Below are positions 10,640-19,718 of a stretch of DNA of 64,000 nucleotides, piece by piece. Every line of letters starts with the position of its first letter. Position 1 is the stretch's first letter. Position numbers and translations under genes: made by a program. Below the pieces are notes generated by a model. The model did not search any database, had not been told where the DNA came from, and saw nothing but the letters and a program-made list of their open reading frames with translations. This DNA comes from an uncultured Alphaproteobacteria bacterium (lineage in GTDB: Bacteria > Pseudomonadota > Alphaproteobacteria > RF32 > CAG-239): positions 8,756 through 72,755 of the forward strand of contig CALXRP010000007.1 in NCBI GenBank assembly GCA_944390885.1. The letters run 5' to 3'.

Positions 10640-10873
10640 TTAATTTATTTTGTATTCCTCGGTAGTGTTTTGAATATTGTTGCAAACAGCTTTTGCAAAA
10701 GACTTTTTGGCAATATATGTCAGAAACAGCGGCTCTTCCAGTTTTAACATTCCCAAAGCCTCTTCAAGCGCTTCAAAACTTTGATGTATTTTGCTGATTA
10801 AAACGGCATTGTTGTTAATCAGGTCATAAGTCGCTGCAGTCTCTTCGTTAAGATGTCTCATTATTGCCTCCAA
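10640..10873 (-). CDS. hypothetical small protein
   Basis: A 77-aa ORF with a GGAG-like RBS and a terminator downstream. No family recognised. Confidence 0.4.
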   Translation of the reverse strand: MEAIMRHLNEETAATYDLINNNAVLISKIHQSFEALEEALGMLKLEEPLFLTYIAKKSFAKAVCNNIQNTTEEYKIN

Positions 10874-11080
10874 ATTAATTTTTTTTGTGGATAACTAATA
10901 TTCAGTCCTCGACAAGAATGTTAGCAGCAAATTTTTTATCTGGGTAGTAGGTAAAATTCGATACCCGTAAACGAAAAATAGGTGCACTGACAAACTTGAA
11001 ATTTTTTAATTATTTCATATATATAGCAAACCTTCGCAAAAAATATCCTTCTTAAAAAGTCTTTCAAACCGATTCGAAAC

Positions 11081-11770
11081 TTACGGCTCCATGATAACAC
11101 ACTCAATACCGCTGTTCTTTTCGGCAAGCCGTTTTTGAAAATCCTGCGGATTAACGGGGCCTTGCGTGAACAGGTCATAATGAATGGGTACAACGGTTTT
11201 AACGCCCAGCCATTCTGCTGCCAGAGCTGCTTGTTCAATATCCATATTGACGCGGCCGCCGATGGGAATGAGTGCCATATCCGGCTTGTAAATTTCTTTA
11301 ACCAGCTTAAAATCAAGGTTAATGGCCGTATCGCCCATATGATAGATTTTAATGCTGCCAAAATCAAAGATAATACCGGTTGCAATGTTAAAAGGCGTAT
11401 TGTCCGGCAGCAGCCCGCAATGCACAGCCGGGCGGAAAATTGCCTTTCCCCAGGAAAAAAGCTGCTCAACGCCGACCGGAACGCCGAAGGCTTTTGCTCC
11501 CTGGCTCTGGCAATATCGCGCGACTTCAAAAGTTGTGGTAATCGTAATGTCGTTCTTTTGGGCAATGCTTATGGAATCACCGATATGGTCGGCATGCCCA
11601 TGCGTTACCAGAATATCATCAACGATGATGTCTTCGGCTTTTCGGGTAGCCATTGGCGCATTGGTCAAAAAAGGATCAACGGCAATTTTGTGTCCGTCTT
11701 TTTCAAAGATAAAACCGCTGTGGCCGAGAAAAGTAATGTCAACACCGCCGCGGTTCAGAATTTTTGTCAT
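11081..11770 (-). CDS. metal-dependent hydrolase, MBL fold (UPF0173 family)
   Basis: ITFLGHSGF...VDPFL...ILVTHGHADHIGD is the signature of UPF0173 beta-lactamase-fold hydrolases. Confidence 0.85.
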   Translation of the reverse strand: MTKILNRGGVDITFLGHSGFIFEKDGHKIAVDPFLTNAPMATRKAEDIIVDDILVTHGHADHIGDSISIAQKNDITITTTFEVARYCQSQGAKAFGVPVGVEQLFSWGKAIFRPAVHCGLLPDNTPFNIATGIIFDFGSIKIYHMGDTAINLDFKLVKEIYKPDMALIPIGGRVNMDIEQAALAAEWLGVKTVVPIHYDLFTQGPVNPQDFQKRLAEKNSGIECVIMEP

Positions 11771-11783
11771 GAGATGTCAGTCC

Positions 11784-11975
11784 TTATCCGATATGTTTGA
11801 ATTTGTTAAAAATAATTTTGCTCTCGGCAGAAGAATGCCCGGGAACCGGATAACGGTTTTTCTCCCAGTTGTCGACCAGCGTGTCAATAATCTGGCGGTG
11901 CCGGATATTGGGAGATGTTGTCAGCCCGTTAGACATTTCCCCGATTAAATAATTGGCTATATTTATTCTCTGCAT
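11784..11975 (-). CDS. hypothetical small protein, co-transcribed with the MBL hydrolase
   Basis: A 63-aa ORF preceded by a strong GGAGGAG RBS, ending 13 nt before the next gene. Confidence 0.5.
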   Translation of the reverse strand: MQRINIANYLIGEMSNGLTTSPNIRHRQIIDTLVDNWEKNRYPVPGHSSAESKIIFNKFKHIG

Positions 11976-12058
11976 ACTTCTCCTCCTTCAAAAGGGTTAA
12001 GTAACATCATTAATATATTAACCAAATATTAACAAAAAAGTCCACATAGATAAAATTA

Positions 12059-13033
12059 TTATATCGCGGAAGGCTTGTAAAGCTTCCAGGTGGAGTCGAT
12101 AATATTTTCCAAATCGCTGTGAACGGCCGACCAGCCGAGGAGCTTTTGCGCCTTTTGGGCCGAGGCGAGCAAAACGGCCGGATCCCCGGCGCGTCGTCCG
12201 GCAAATTCGTAGGGAATCTCTTTCCCGGTAATCTCGCGCGCTTTCAAAATCATCTCCAGAACGCTGACGCCGTTTTCCGTCCCCAGGTTAAAAATCTGGC
12301 TCTGATTGTTTTTCTGCAAATATTCCAAAGCCTTCAAATGAGCTGCGGCCAGATCGGATACATGAATATAATCGCGGATGCAGGTTCCGTCGCGGGTATC
12401 ATAATCATTGCCGAAAATCATCACCTTTTTCCGAATGCCGCAAGCCGCCTCCATAATAATCGGCAAAAGGTTCTGCGGATTTTTTTCAAGCCCTTTGACG
12501 GCGCCTTCCTCGTCGTAACCGACGGCGTTAAAATAGCGCAGCGAAATAAATTTAATACCTTTCAGTCGGTCATACCAATTCATATAATTTTCCATATCAA
12601 GCTTGGTAAAACCATAAAAATTTATCGGCGCGGTCGGGTGCTGTTCGTCAACCGGCAGATATTCCGGCAGGCCGTAAACCGCCGCGGAGGAAGAAAAGAT
12701 GATCTTTCTGACGTCGGCTTCTGTCATGGCATTAAGGGTATTAATGGCGCCGATAAGATTGTTGTTGGCATATTTGCCCGGATTTTCCATCGATTCTCCG
12801 ACAGCTTTCTTTGCCGCCAGAAAAACGACGGCATCAATATTTTGTTTCATGGCTCGGAGCAGGGCGGGATAATCCAGAATATCGCCCTGAACAAAGCCGG
12901 CATCCGAAAAAAGATTCTGCGCGCAGCCGGTCGAAAGATTATCATAAACGCAAACCTCGTGCCGGGCAGACAGCAGGGATTTAACAACATGGCTGCCGAT
13001 ATATCCGGCGCCGCCGATGACCAGAATTTTCAT
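12059..13033 (-). CDS. galE: UDP-glucose 4-epimerase
   Basis: MKILVIGGAGYIGSH Rossmann motif plus GalE-like length and sequence throughout. ATG at 13033 with a GAGGAAG RBS is preferred over the upstream TTG at 13048. Confidence 0.9.
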   Translation of the reverse strand: MKILVIGGAGYIGSHVVKSLLSARHEVCVYDNLSTGCAQNLFSDAGFVQGDILDYPALLRAMKQNIDAVVFLAAKKAVGESMENPGKYANNNLIGAINTLNAMTEADVRKIIFSSSAAVYGLPEYLPVDEQHPTAPINFYGFTKLDMENYMNWYDRLKGIKFISLRYFNAVGYDEEGAVKGLEKNPQNLLPIIMEAACGIRKKVMIFGNDYDTRDGTCIRDYIHVSDLAAAHLKALEYLQKNNQSQIFNLGTENGVSVLEMILKAREITGKEIPYEFAGRRAGDPAVLLASAQKAQKLLGWSAVHSDLENIIDSTWKLYKPSAI

Positions 13034-13150
13034 AAACAACTTCCTCAAGCATAAAGGTTAAATAAAGTCAAAAAAACAATAACAGATAAAATAAATGAAA
13101 AAAAGTGTTGACTAACAGAAATAAACATATTATTAATTCATCCAGTTGAT

Positions 13151-13236
13151 GGGGGTATGGCGGAACTGGTAGACGCGCTAGACTCAAAATCTTGTGGCCT
13201 CAGGCCGTGTCAGTTCGAGTCTGACTACCCCTACCA
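13151..13236 (+). tRNA. tRNA-Leu (anticodon CAA), CCA encoded
   Basis: Acceptor GGGGGTA/TACCCCT, D-arm GGTAGA, anticodon loop CTCAAAA, long variable arm, T-arm GTCAG-TTCGAGT-CTGAC, and 3' ACCA. Confidence 0.9.
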
Positions 13237-13591
13237 CTTTTGAAAGACCTTGATGTTAATCAAGGCTTTTTTTGTTTTTAAACATCTTTCCCCGAACACA
13301 ATAACCGCTTTTCTTTCCTGCGTTAAAATCACCGGCCGCAAAATCTCTGGCTTTGGGCGCTGCAATCTGTTTTCGGCAAAAGATAATAAGTCCTGTTTCC
13401 ATGTCGATTGTCCTCTCCCGCTTTCCCGGCGTCCTCTCCTTTGCCGTATCGCTTTGACGGCTTTTCTTGCATTTTATTATCAAAAATTATCACTCGGAAA
13501 GCACTGAAAAAGCTGTTTATATCTTTTGTAAAATGATTGACTATTATTCTTTTAGAGAATAGATTTATTCTAAAGAAAGTCAGAGGGAAAA

Positions 13592-13840
13592 ATGAAAATT
13601 TGGAATATATATCAGTTCAATAAACAGGACAAAGAATTGCTGAGCCGCCTGAAAATTTCTTCTGAGACGACGTCGGAAATTCCTGTTGAAATTGATTTCC
13701 TGAAATTCTCCGGCAGCAGGGAAGTATATATCCGCCACGTTTTTTATAACGAAATCGACATCAAACCCTTTTTATCGCTTCAGACCATTCAATATTACAC
13801 CAGCCGGATAGAAGAGGATTTGCAAAATGAAAGAACTTGA
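13592..13840 (+). CDS. hypothetical small protein
   Basis: An 82-aa ORF with a GAGGGAAAAA RBS, downstream of operator-like palindromes. Confidence 0.35.
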   Translation: MKIWNIYQFNKQDKELLSRLKISSETTSEIPVEIDFLKFSGSREVYIRHVFYNEIDIKPFLSLQTIQYYTSRIEEDLQNERT

Positions 13841-13956
13841 TTTGTTGAAATTGCAGCTGCAAAGCTTTGAGCGCATTTTCGGACCGCATCTCCTGCCGCG
13901 CCGTTCAGTGCTTCGAGCCGATAACGACAATAACCCGCCCAAACCGGAGAAAAACG

Positions 13957-14202
13957 ATGATAACGCTGACTAAAACCGAACAGGAAGTCTGCCGCCTTTT
14001 CCGGCAAAAACGCACTTTTGAGCAAGCCTATCGCCGCAGCCGTTTCCGCGGACAGGGAAATTTTATGTGTTATATTAAGCGATTGCTGTCTTTGGGCGTG
14101 TTGGAAGAATATGTGCATTTCTACGAGCGCGACGGCTTGATCAATGAACACCGCACTTATCTCTGCACCAAAAGAAATTTATCAATTAACAAAAAGATAT
14201 AA
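13957..14202 (+). CDS. hypothetical small protein (possible HTH)
   Basis: Internal ATG at 13957 with a GGAG RBS. TKTEQEVCRLFRQKRTFEQA loosely resembles a LuxR/sigma region-4-type helix-turn-helix. Confidence 0.35.
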   Translation: MITLTKTEQEVCRLFRQKRTFEQAYRRSRFRGQGNFMCYIKRLLSLGVLEEYVHFYERDGLINEHRTYLCTKRNLSINKKI

Positions 14203-14217
14203 TGTTAAGTTAATGCA

Positions 14218-14853
14218 TTACATAAATTTCGTAACCGCAATAACTTTTCCACACACCTTTATCTGATCCGGATTATTGACCGACAGCGGCGGATAAAGCG
14301 GATTATCGGAAGAAATCAGCGCGGAATTGTTAAAAATATCAAAGCGAATGCGCTTAACCAGCAGCTCTTGCCGGATGCAGAAAAGATAAAGCCCGTCGCT
14401 TTCCGGGGAGGTAACCGAGATATCCACCCAGATAACGTCCTGGTCATTGATTGTCGGCTGCATACTGTCTCCGTAAATTGATAAAATCTTTATTTTATCG
14501 GGAGATATGTTTTTAAGTTGAGGAAAAAGATTAACATTTGCCAGCTGATGCCCGATAACTTTCGGCGTCAGGATATTGCCGTTTTCGGCAACGGATTCCC
14601 GCGCGTCAATAATTTCAATCATCGAAACGCCCGCCGGACTAAACGCATAGGGCGAAACCTGTCCGAATTCGGATTTTACGACATTATCAAGCGTTGTTCC
14701 GAACAAATCGGCAATTTTTTGTGCCATTTCGCTTTTGAGGGAAATATTGCCGTTCTCAATTTTGGTCATGGTCGATTGGGTAACGCCAACGGCCTCGGCA
14801 AGCTGTGTAACGGTTTTATGATGCATTTTGCGCAGATTTTTAATATTGTTCAT
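14218..14853 (-). CDS. CI/LexA-type phage repressor (XRE HTH plus S24 peptidase domain)
   Basis: The N-terminal HTH is TVTQLAEAVGVTQSTMTKIENG. The C-terminal part has the S24 catalytic Ser (GDSMQPTI) and Lys (LLVKRIRF). Confidence 0.85.
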   Translation of the reverse strand: MNNIKNLRKMHHKTVTQLAEAVGVTQSTMTKIENGNISLKSEMAQKIADLFGTTLDNVVKSEFGQVSPYAFSPAGVSMIEIIDARESVAENGNILTPKVIGHQLANVNLFPQLKNISPDKIKILSIYGDSMQPTINDQDVIWVDISVTSPESDGLYLFCIRQELLVKRIRFDIFNNSALISSDNPLYPPLSVNNPDQIKVCGKVIAVTKFM

Positions 14854-14882
14854 TTTTTTCTCCTGCTGACAGTATATTCAAT

Positions 14883-14970
14883 AAAAGAATAAATTTCAAG
14901 AGTAAAAAATATTCTGGATAAGATTTTATTATTCTTGACTTTTAATTCTATTAAAGAATATTATTCTATT
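14883..14970. promoter_or_regulatory. divergent promoter/operator region between the repressor and the rightward genes
   Basis: Multiple AGAAT/ATTCT half-sites, including the palindrome ATTCT-ATTAA-AGAAT (14945..14959) and AGAAT-ATT-ATTCT (14955..14967). A TTGACT -35 lies at 14934..14939. Confidence 0.55.
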
Positions 14971-14986
14971 AAGCAAGGAGGGCACA

Positions 14987-15607
14987 ATGCCAAAGATTTT
15001 AGGATGGCGTTCCGCTGATAATGATAATTTTCCGTCAGAAAATCCGGCGCATAATTACGCCATAACCGTTTCAGTGCCGAAAAAAGGCCTTGGAAAAAAA
15101 CTGCGAGCAGCCAAACTCCAAATATCGGAACCTCAGGCCGGTGATGTCGTCTGTCGACAGCCGGTTTCCGGCCGCGGCGGCGTTTTATATCGTTATGCGG
15201 ATGCCGGCTGGCTTGATATGGGCGACAAGCGGTATACGGCGGAAGACCGGATTCGGGTGGCGGAACGGCTGCACCGGGATTTTCGTCTTTCTCAGTTTTC
15301 GGATTGCAAGGCCGTTGAGCTGGGAAAAATAACGCCGGAAATTTGCGGCGATTTCACTTTGCTGGACAATGTATTGGACGCACGCACCCGTTATCAGCAG
15401 GCCATGATGAGTATCCCGCACGAATTTTGGCCCAGCGTCAGACGCGTGTGCATTGAGGATAAAGAGCTTTTTGATAATGATAACGGCGAAAGCAAACGCC
15501 AGCAGGCCTATCGGACTTATGCCGCCAAGGTTGACCTGTGCCGCGGCCTCGACCGCCTGATAGAACACTACCTTCGCCGCAAAAAAGAAAAAAACAAAGC
15601 AGTTTAA
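14987..15607 (+). CDS. hypothetical protein, first gene divergent from the repressor
   Basis: A 206-aa ORF with an AGGAGGG RBS. The C-terminal half (DARTRYQQAMMSIPHEFWPSVRRVCIED...LDRLIEHY) recalls alphaproteobacterial DUF6456-type proteins, from memory only. Confidence 0.5.
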   Translation: MPKILGWRSADNDNFPSENPAHNYAITVSVPKKGLGKKLRAAKLQISEPQAGDVVCRQPVSGRGGVLYRYADAGWLDMGDKRYTAEDRIRVAERLHRDFRLSQFSDCKAVELGKITPEICGDFTLLDNVLDARTRYQQAMMSIPHEFWPSVRRVCIEDKELFDNDNGESKRQQAYRTYAAKVDLCRGLDRLIEHYLRRKKEKNKAV

Positions 15608-15882
15608 TTATATCTATTTTTATAAAACATTTTTTATTTGACTTCCGGGGGCATTTCGCATAGCTTAGTTTTGCATTGGTTGATTACCAATGCGGGGTTT
15701 GAAAGCCCCTTTTCAGGTTTTCTGCATGAGCAGATGTAAAAACTACCTTTTTGCCTTATGGCAGGAAGGTAGTAAAATACGTTATATCTAACAAATATAC
15801 TACACTATTTCCTGAAAATAGCTTTCAACTTCCTGCCACCTCTCATCAAGGTGGTTTTTTGTTAATTTGTCAGGAGAATATT

Positions 15883-16563
15883 ATGAAAAAGTTTTTACTA
15901 ATATCTTTTATAATGCTAACTGCTTGCAAATCAATAAGTTATAATGATGTTAATCCAGAAATTAAACCAAATAGTAATTTATTGCCAGCGTTAATCACTG
16001 TTGTAGATATGAATAATTTAGAATCTGTATATTCATCAGGGGGCTATCAAGGTATTGCTAATAATTATGGTACAGGATACGGAGCAAATCCTTGGGCCGG
16101 ATGGGCACAAACAACCGTAGTAAATGGAACGTCTTATAAAGATGCACGAGTCAACGATGTTATAAACATTTTTGAAAAAGAAGTAAAAGAGAATATTTCT
16201 TCACCTTATGGAGAGAAAAAGGGATATGTTGCACTGAAATTAGGGTATCGGGGAAATGATACCTCAATTTTTTATATATTACCCTCTATGCTCTCCTTAT
16301 TTACAATTAACATTTTAGGCTTTCCGGTAAATGAAATAACACAATCCCTAGAAGTACAGGTAGAAATATGGAACAATAAAAAGGAGTTAATTGCTAAATA
16401 TACAGAAAATGTTGTAAATTCCGACTTTATTGCAATGTATTGGGGGTATAATGAAACAAATATATGGAGAAAAGTTGCTGCAGACAATATAAAACAAGCA
16501 TTAGAAAAAATTAGATATAAAATAAATGAAGATGCACTGACAATTAAAAAGAAACTTAAATAA
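15883..16563 (+). CDS. lipoprotein (AT-rich moron)
   Basis: ATG at 15883 after an AGGAGAA RBS. MKKFLLISFIMLTAC has a lipobox (LTAC). The gene is AT-rich relative to its neighbours. Confidence 0.6.
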   Translation: MKKFLLISFIMLTACKSISYNDVNPEIKPNSNLLPALITVVDMNNLESVYSSGGYQGIANNYGTGYGANPWAGWAQTTVVNGTSYKDARVNDVINIFEKEVKENISSPYGEKKGYVALKLGYRGNDTSIFYILPSMLSLFTINILGFPVNEITQSLEVQVEIWNNKKELIAKYTENVVNSDFIAMYWGYNETNIWRKVAADNIKQALEKIRYKINEDALTIKKKLK

Positions 16564-16689
16564 TATCTCAGGGGAGGGAGCCCCTCCCCAAAATATATAA
16601 TGGTCGTGCATTATATAAAAATAGCGTCTTCTCTTTTGCTAGATATGAAATTAATATCATGTCAAACAATTCATAATAAGGACTGACAA

Positions 16690-16983
16690 ATGACGAAGAC
16701 TGCTGTTAAAGAAAAACACTCGGGCAGAAAACCCGAAGAAATCCGCCGTGGCCTGCAAGAACTGATTAACGATATGAAAAATGCCGCCCGGCATCTGCCT
16801 CAGGCTCAAAAAGCTTATATCACCTTATGCCTGACCGAAAAACTTTTAACCCGCTGCCTGAGCGTCAGCCGGGAGACATTACTGACTCTCGAGCTGTTGC
16901 AGGCAAATGACAACAACCGGCTCAAAGAAAATCTGACCCGCCTGCACACCGATTTGCTCTCCCGGGATATCCGGATAAAATAA
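16690..16983 (+). CDS. hypothetical protein
   Basis: A 97-aa ORF with an AAGGA RBS, lying upstream of the terminase genes. Confidence 0.4.
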   Translation: MTKTAVKEKHSGRKPEEIRRGLQELINDMKNAARHLPQAQKAYITLCLTEKLLTRCLSVSRETLLTLELLQANDNNRLKENLTRLHTDLLSRDIRIK

Positions 16984-17189
16984 CCAAATATGAAATAAGT
17001 TGTTGATAACTTTAGAGGGCTTAATTGACATCGGTGACACCGCGTGATAAAAATTTTGTTATGGTGGTGAAGTGTAGGCAGAGGCAGGCGCTCACCACCG
17101 TTTTGTTATCATAATCCATTGTTTCTTTTCTTGTTATAACAAGCCAAAGCTCTCCGTATCCACGGGGAGCTTTGCTTTTGGAGAAAGTT

Positions 17190-17495
17190 ATGCCCAAAAG
17201 AAAAACTTATGCCCGGGAAGACAGTTTTGCCGAACTCGACGAGGTAATCTTTCTGGCGCGCGAAGCCGGACAGCTGACTTCCATGCTCAAGGCCATAGAG
17301 TTAAAAGGCAAGCTTGCCGGCCTCTATGCCGAAAACAAAAAAACGGAAGAAGAACCGGACATTGCCCGGATATTGGTAAAATTTGTAGATAATTTAGAGG
17401 AAAGATATGAGAAAAACAAACGCCAAACCCAAGACCAAATGTGCCGAGATGGCCCGGGTGTTTGCGCCGCTGATGACCGAGAAAAAGCGGATTAA
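17190..17495 (+). CDS. terminase small subunit (putative)
   Basis: ATG at 17190 with a GGAGAAAG RBS, positioned directly before and overlapping TerL. AIELKGKLAGLYAENKK resembles the conserved C-terminal motif of Terminase_2-type small subunits. Confidence 0.6.
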   Translation: MPKRKTYAREDSFAELDEVIFLAREAGQLTSMLKAIELKGKLAGLYAENKKTEEEPDIARILVKFVDNLEERYEKNKRQTQDQMCRDGPGVCAADDREKAD

Positions 17496-18756
17496 GTTTT
17501 ATTACGGCGGACGTGCCGGCGGAAAATCTTATGCTTTTGCCGACAGCCTGCTGTTTTTGGGGCGGCAGAAAAAGCTTTTTATCGCCTGCCTGAGGGAGAT
17601 TCAGGAATCAATCAAAGATTCGGTCCACAAACTTCTGTGCGACCGGATTTCTTTTTATTCTCTGGGCGATTATAAAATTTATGAAACCAAAATAGAAAAC
17701 ACAATCACCGGCACAAAGTTTATCTTCAAAGGCCTGCGCGATCAGGACAGCCAGAAAATAAAATCCCTGGAAGGCGTGGACATTGCCTGGATTGAAGAGG
17801 CGCAAACCATCAGCAAAAAAAGCTGGGAGATTTTGGAGCCGACGATTCGCAAAGACGGTTCCGAAATCTGGATTTCTATGAACCGTGAAGAAGAAAACGA
17901 TCCTTTGTGGATGGCCGTTGCTGCCAATCCCGATGAAAGAACGCTTGTCCGCTGCGTCAATTATTACGATAACCCGTTTTGTCCGGAAGAAATCAAATAT
18001 CAGGCCGAAAAATGCCGGAAAAACTCACCCGATGACTATGCGCATATCTGGCTCGGCGCCCCGATCGTGCAGAGCAATACCAAGCTGATTTCCGGAACCG
18101 ACGTCCGCCGGGCTTTTGAAGCCAAAATGAACGGGAGTACCTCGCCGCTGATTATCGGATTGGATATTGCCAGATTCGGCGATGACGCAACTTCTTTTTG
18201 CTTTCGCAAAGGCCGGTGGTGCTACCGCTTTGAGAGTTATTATAAACAAGACAACGTCGGTGTGGCCAATCTGGCAACCCGTTTTATCAAAGAATGCCGC
18301 CCGTACCGGATTTTTATGGATATCGGTGGGCAGGGCGCCGGCGTATATGACATTTTAAAAGACCGCGGTTTTGGGGAGATTATCCGCGGGATTTATTTTG
18401 GCGAAAAAGCAATTAACGAAGAGCGTTATTTCAACCGGCGCGCCGAAATGTGGGACAGCGTCAATCAGTGGCTCAAATCTCAGCCGCCTGTCCAGCTTCC
18501 CGAAGATGAGGAACTGTTTAACGATTTAACTGCGGTCAATAAGAAATATGACCGGAAAGGAAGGTTGCAAATGGAAGAAAAAGATGAGGTCAAAAAACGT
18601 CTTGGACGCTCTCCGGACAAAGGAGATGCTTTGGCATTAACCTTTGCCGAACCGGTTTATGATTGCGGTGAACCGAAATTATACGGCAACGGTAAGGTCT
18701 CAATAGAAGAAATGTTTGCCCTCGCCGCGGGTGAAAAAGATAATTCCGGCTGGTAA
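17407..18756 (+). CDS. terminase large subunit (PBSX/Terminase_3-like)
   Basis: Walker A YYGGRAGGKSYA, an ATPase-plus-nuclease-sized protein (449 aa), and IWLGAP... typical of PBSX-family TerL. An alternative start lies at 17449. Confidence 0.9.
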   Translation: MRKTNAKPKTKCAEMARVFAPLMTEKKRIKFYYGGRAGGKSYAFADSLLFLGRQKKLFIACLREIQESIKDSVHKLLCDRISFYSLGDYKIYETKIENTITGTKFIFKGLRDQDSQKIKSLEGVDIAWIEEAQTISKKSWEILEPTIRKDGSEIWISMNREEENDPLWMAVAANPDERTLVRCVNYYDNPFCPEEIKYQAEKCRKNSPDDYAHIWLGAPIVQSNTKLISGTDVRRAFEAKMNGSTSPLIIGLDIARFGDDATSFCFRKGRWCYRFESYYKQDNVGVANLATRFIKECRPYRIFMDIGGQGAGVYDILKDRGFGEIIRGIYFGEKAINEERYFNRRAEMWDSVNQWLKSQPPVQLPEDEELFNDLTAVNKKYDRKGRLQMEEKDEVKKRLGRSPDKGDALALTFAEPVYDCGEPKLYGNGKVSIEEMFALAAGEKDNSGW

Positions 18757-18762
18757 AACTCT

Positions 18763-18850
18763 CCGAAAAATAGCTTCAATACTTTTGCTTATCCCGCTGT
18801 GCAATTTCCCGGCGGGATTTTTTTATAACCCCAAACAAGATAAGGAGAAA
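18763..18850 (+). repeat. direct repeat copy 1 (terminator hairpin plus RBS), left flank of cassette 1
   Basis: ccgaaaaatagcttcaatacttttgcttatcccgctgtgcaatttcccggcgggatttttttataaccccaaacaagataaggagaaa is repeated at 21005..21092. Confidence 0.95.
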
Positions 18851-18854
18851 GGAA

Positions 18855-19718
18855 ATGAATGAAGAAAGCAAAGCAACACAAAAATGTATACAGGATCTAA
18901 TGGAAGGCAGAGCCTTATTAAGACGAGGTTATCGACGTCCGGGACAGTCAGAATATTATTATCTGACCAAAAATTTTGATGACAGTTATAATCAGATAGA
19001 TGTTCCTGATGATTTCGGCCGTCAGTGGTTCGGAAAGACACTACCAGATAACTTTCAAAATGATTATAAAATAACAAAAGACATGAATGAACATCCAGAA
19101 AAATATTATATTTGGTATACAATGAGCGACAACAAAGTTAGAAGTTTACATGCTGAACGGCATGGAAAAATTTTTAGATGGGATACACCACCGCAAGGAG
19201 GACATCCGGGAGAAGATTATAATTGCAGATGTTTGGCAATCCCATATAAACCACAGTATGATCAAAAAAAATTTTTAAATGATCTAATAAAGAATATTGA
19301 TGAAACGCAGGGAAAAATTGATTTATTTAACGCAGAAATAGCTACAATGGAAAAATGGATTAAAAATATTAGGGAAGAAAAAATTAAAATTTATAAAAAA
19401 ATTCAAAAAAGTTCTTTAGAAGGATTAAAGAATGGCATAGAAGGAGCAAACGAAAATGGCGGAATTGTAGCGGAAATTGCTGGAAAAATTAAAAATAATC
19501 CATATTTAGATTTTTATAATTTATTAGCCGGAAGAACAAGTGGAATGTTTGCAACAACGTTAGCCGAATATAATAGTCAAAAAAGACAATTACTTCAATT
19601 ATCTCAAGATGAAAAAATTATAGCAGGCCAAATTGAAAAAAGAAAAGACGCCGTATCTGATATGCGAAAGGAAATGCACAAAATGAAACAGTATATGGAA
19701 TTAATTAATGCTTTTTAA
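18855..19718 (+). CDS. Mu F / SPP1 gp7-like minor-head-domain protein with an unrelated coiled-coil C-terminal half
   Basis: WYTMSDNKVRSLHAERHGKIFRWDTPPQGGHPGEDYNCRCLAIPY matches the conserved core of the Phage_Mu_F domain. The remaining ~150 aa are K/E/I-rich. The gene is AT-rich. Confidence 0.7.
   Translation: MNEESKATQKCIQDLMEGRALLRRGYRRPGQSEYYYLTKNFDDSYNQIDVPDDFGRQWFGKTLPDNFQNDYKITKDMNEHPEKYYIWYTMSDNKVRSLHAERHGKIFRWDTPPQGGHPGEDYNCRCLAIPYKPQYDQKKFLNDLIKNIDETQGKIDLFNAEIATMEKWIKNIREEKIKIYKKIQKSSLEGLKNGIEGANENGGIVAEIAGKIKNNPYLDFYNLLAGRTSGMFATTLAEYNSQKRQLLQLSQDEKIIAGQIEKRKDAVSDMRKEMHKMKQYMELINAF

Noticed and set aside
12119-13054. A 311-aa plus-strand ORF antisense to galE. Similar cases are 11135..11800 and 11352..11948 opposite the MBL hydrolase.
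   Set aside because: These are shadow ORFs opposite genes with unambiguous homology, and their translations lack recognisable motifs.
13256-13483. Remnant of an integrase next to the tRNA (75-aa minus-strand ORF, 85-aa plus-strand ORF).
   Set aside because: The translations are basic and low-complexity with no tyrosine- or serine-recombinase motifs and no RBS. This is probably non-coding.
15645-15713. tRNA-like sequence (GGGGGCA..GCATAGCTTAGTT.. with a 7-bp stem and a 7-nt loop TTGATTA).
   Set aside because: There is no complementary 3' acceptor strand, no proper D or T arms, and a pyrimidine at position 37. This is not a tRNA gene. It is kept only as part of a structured non-coding region.
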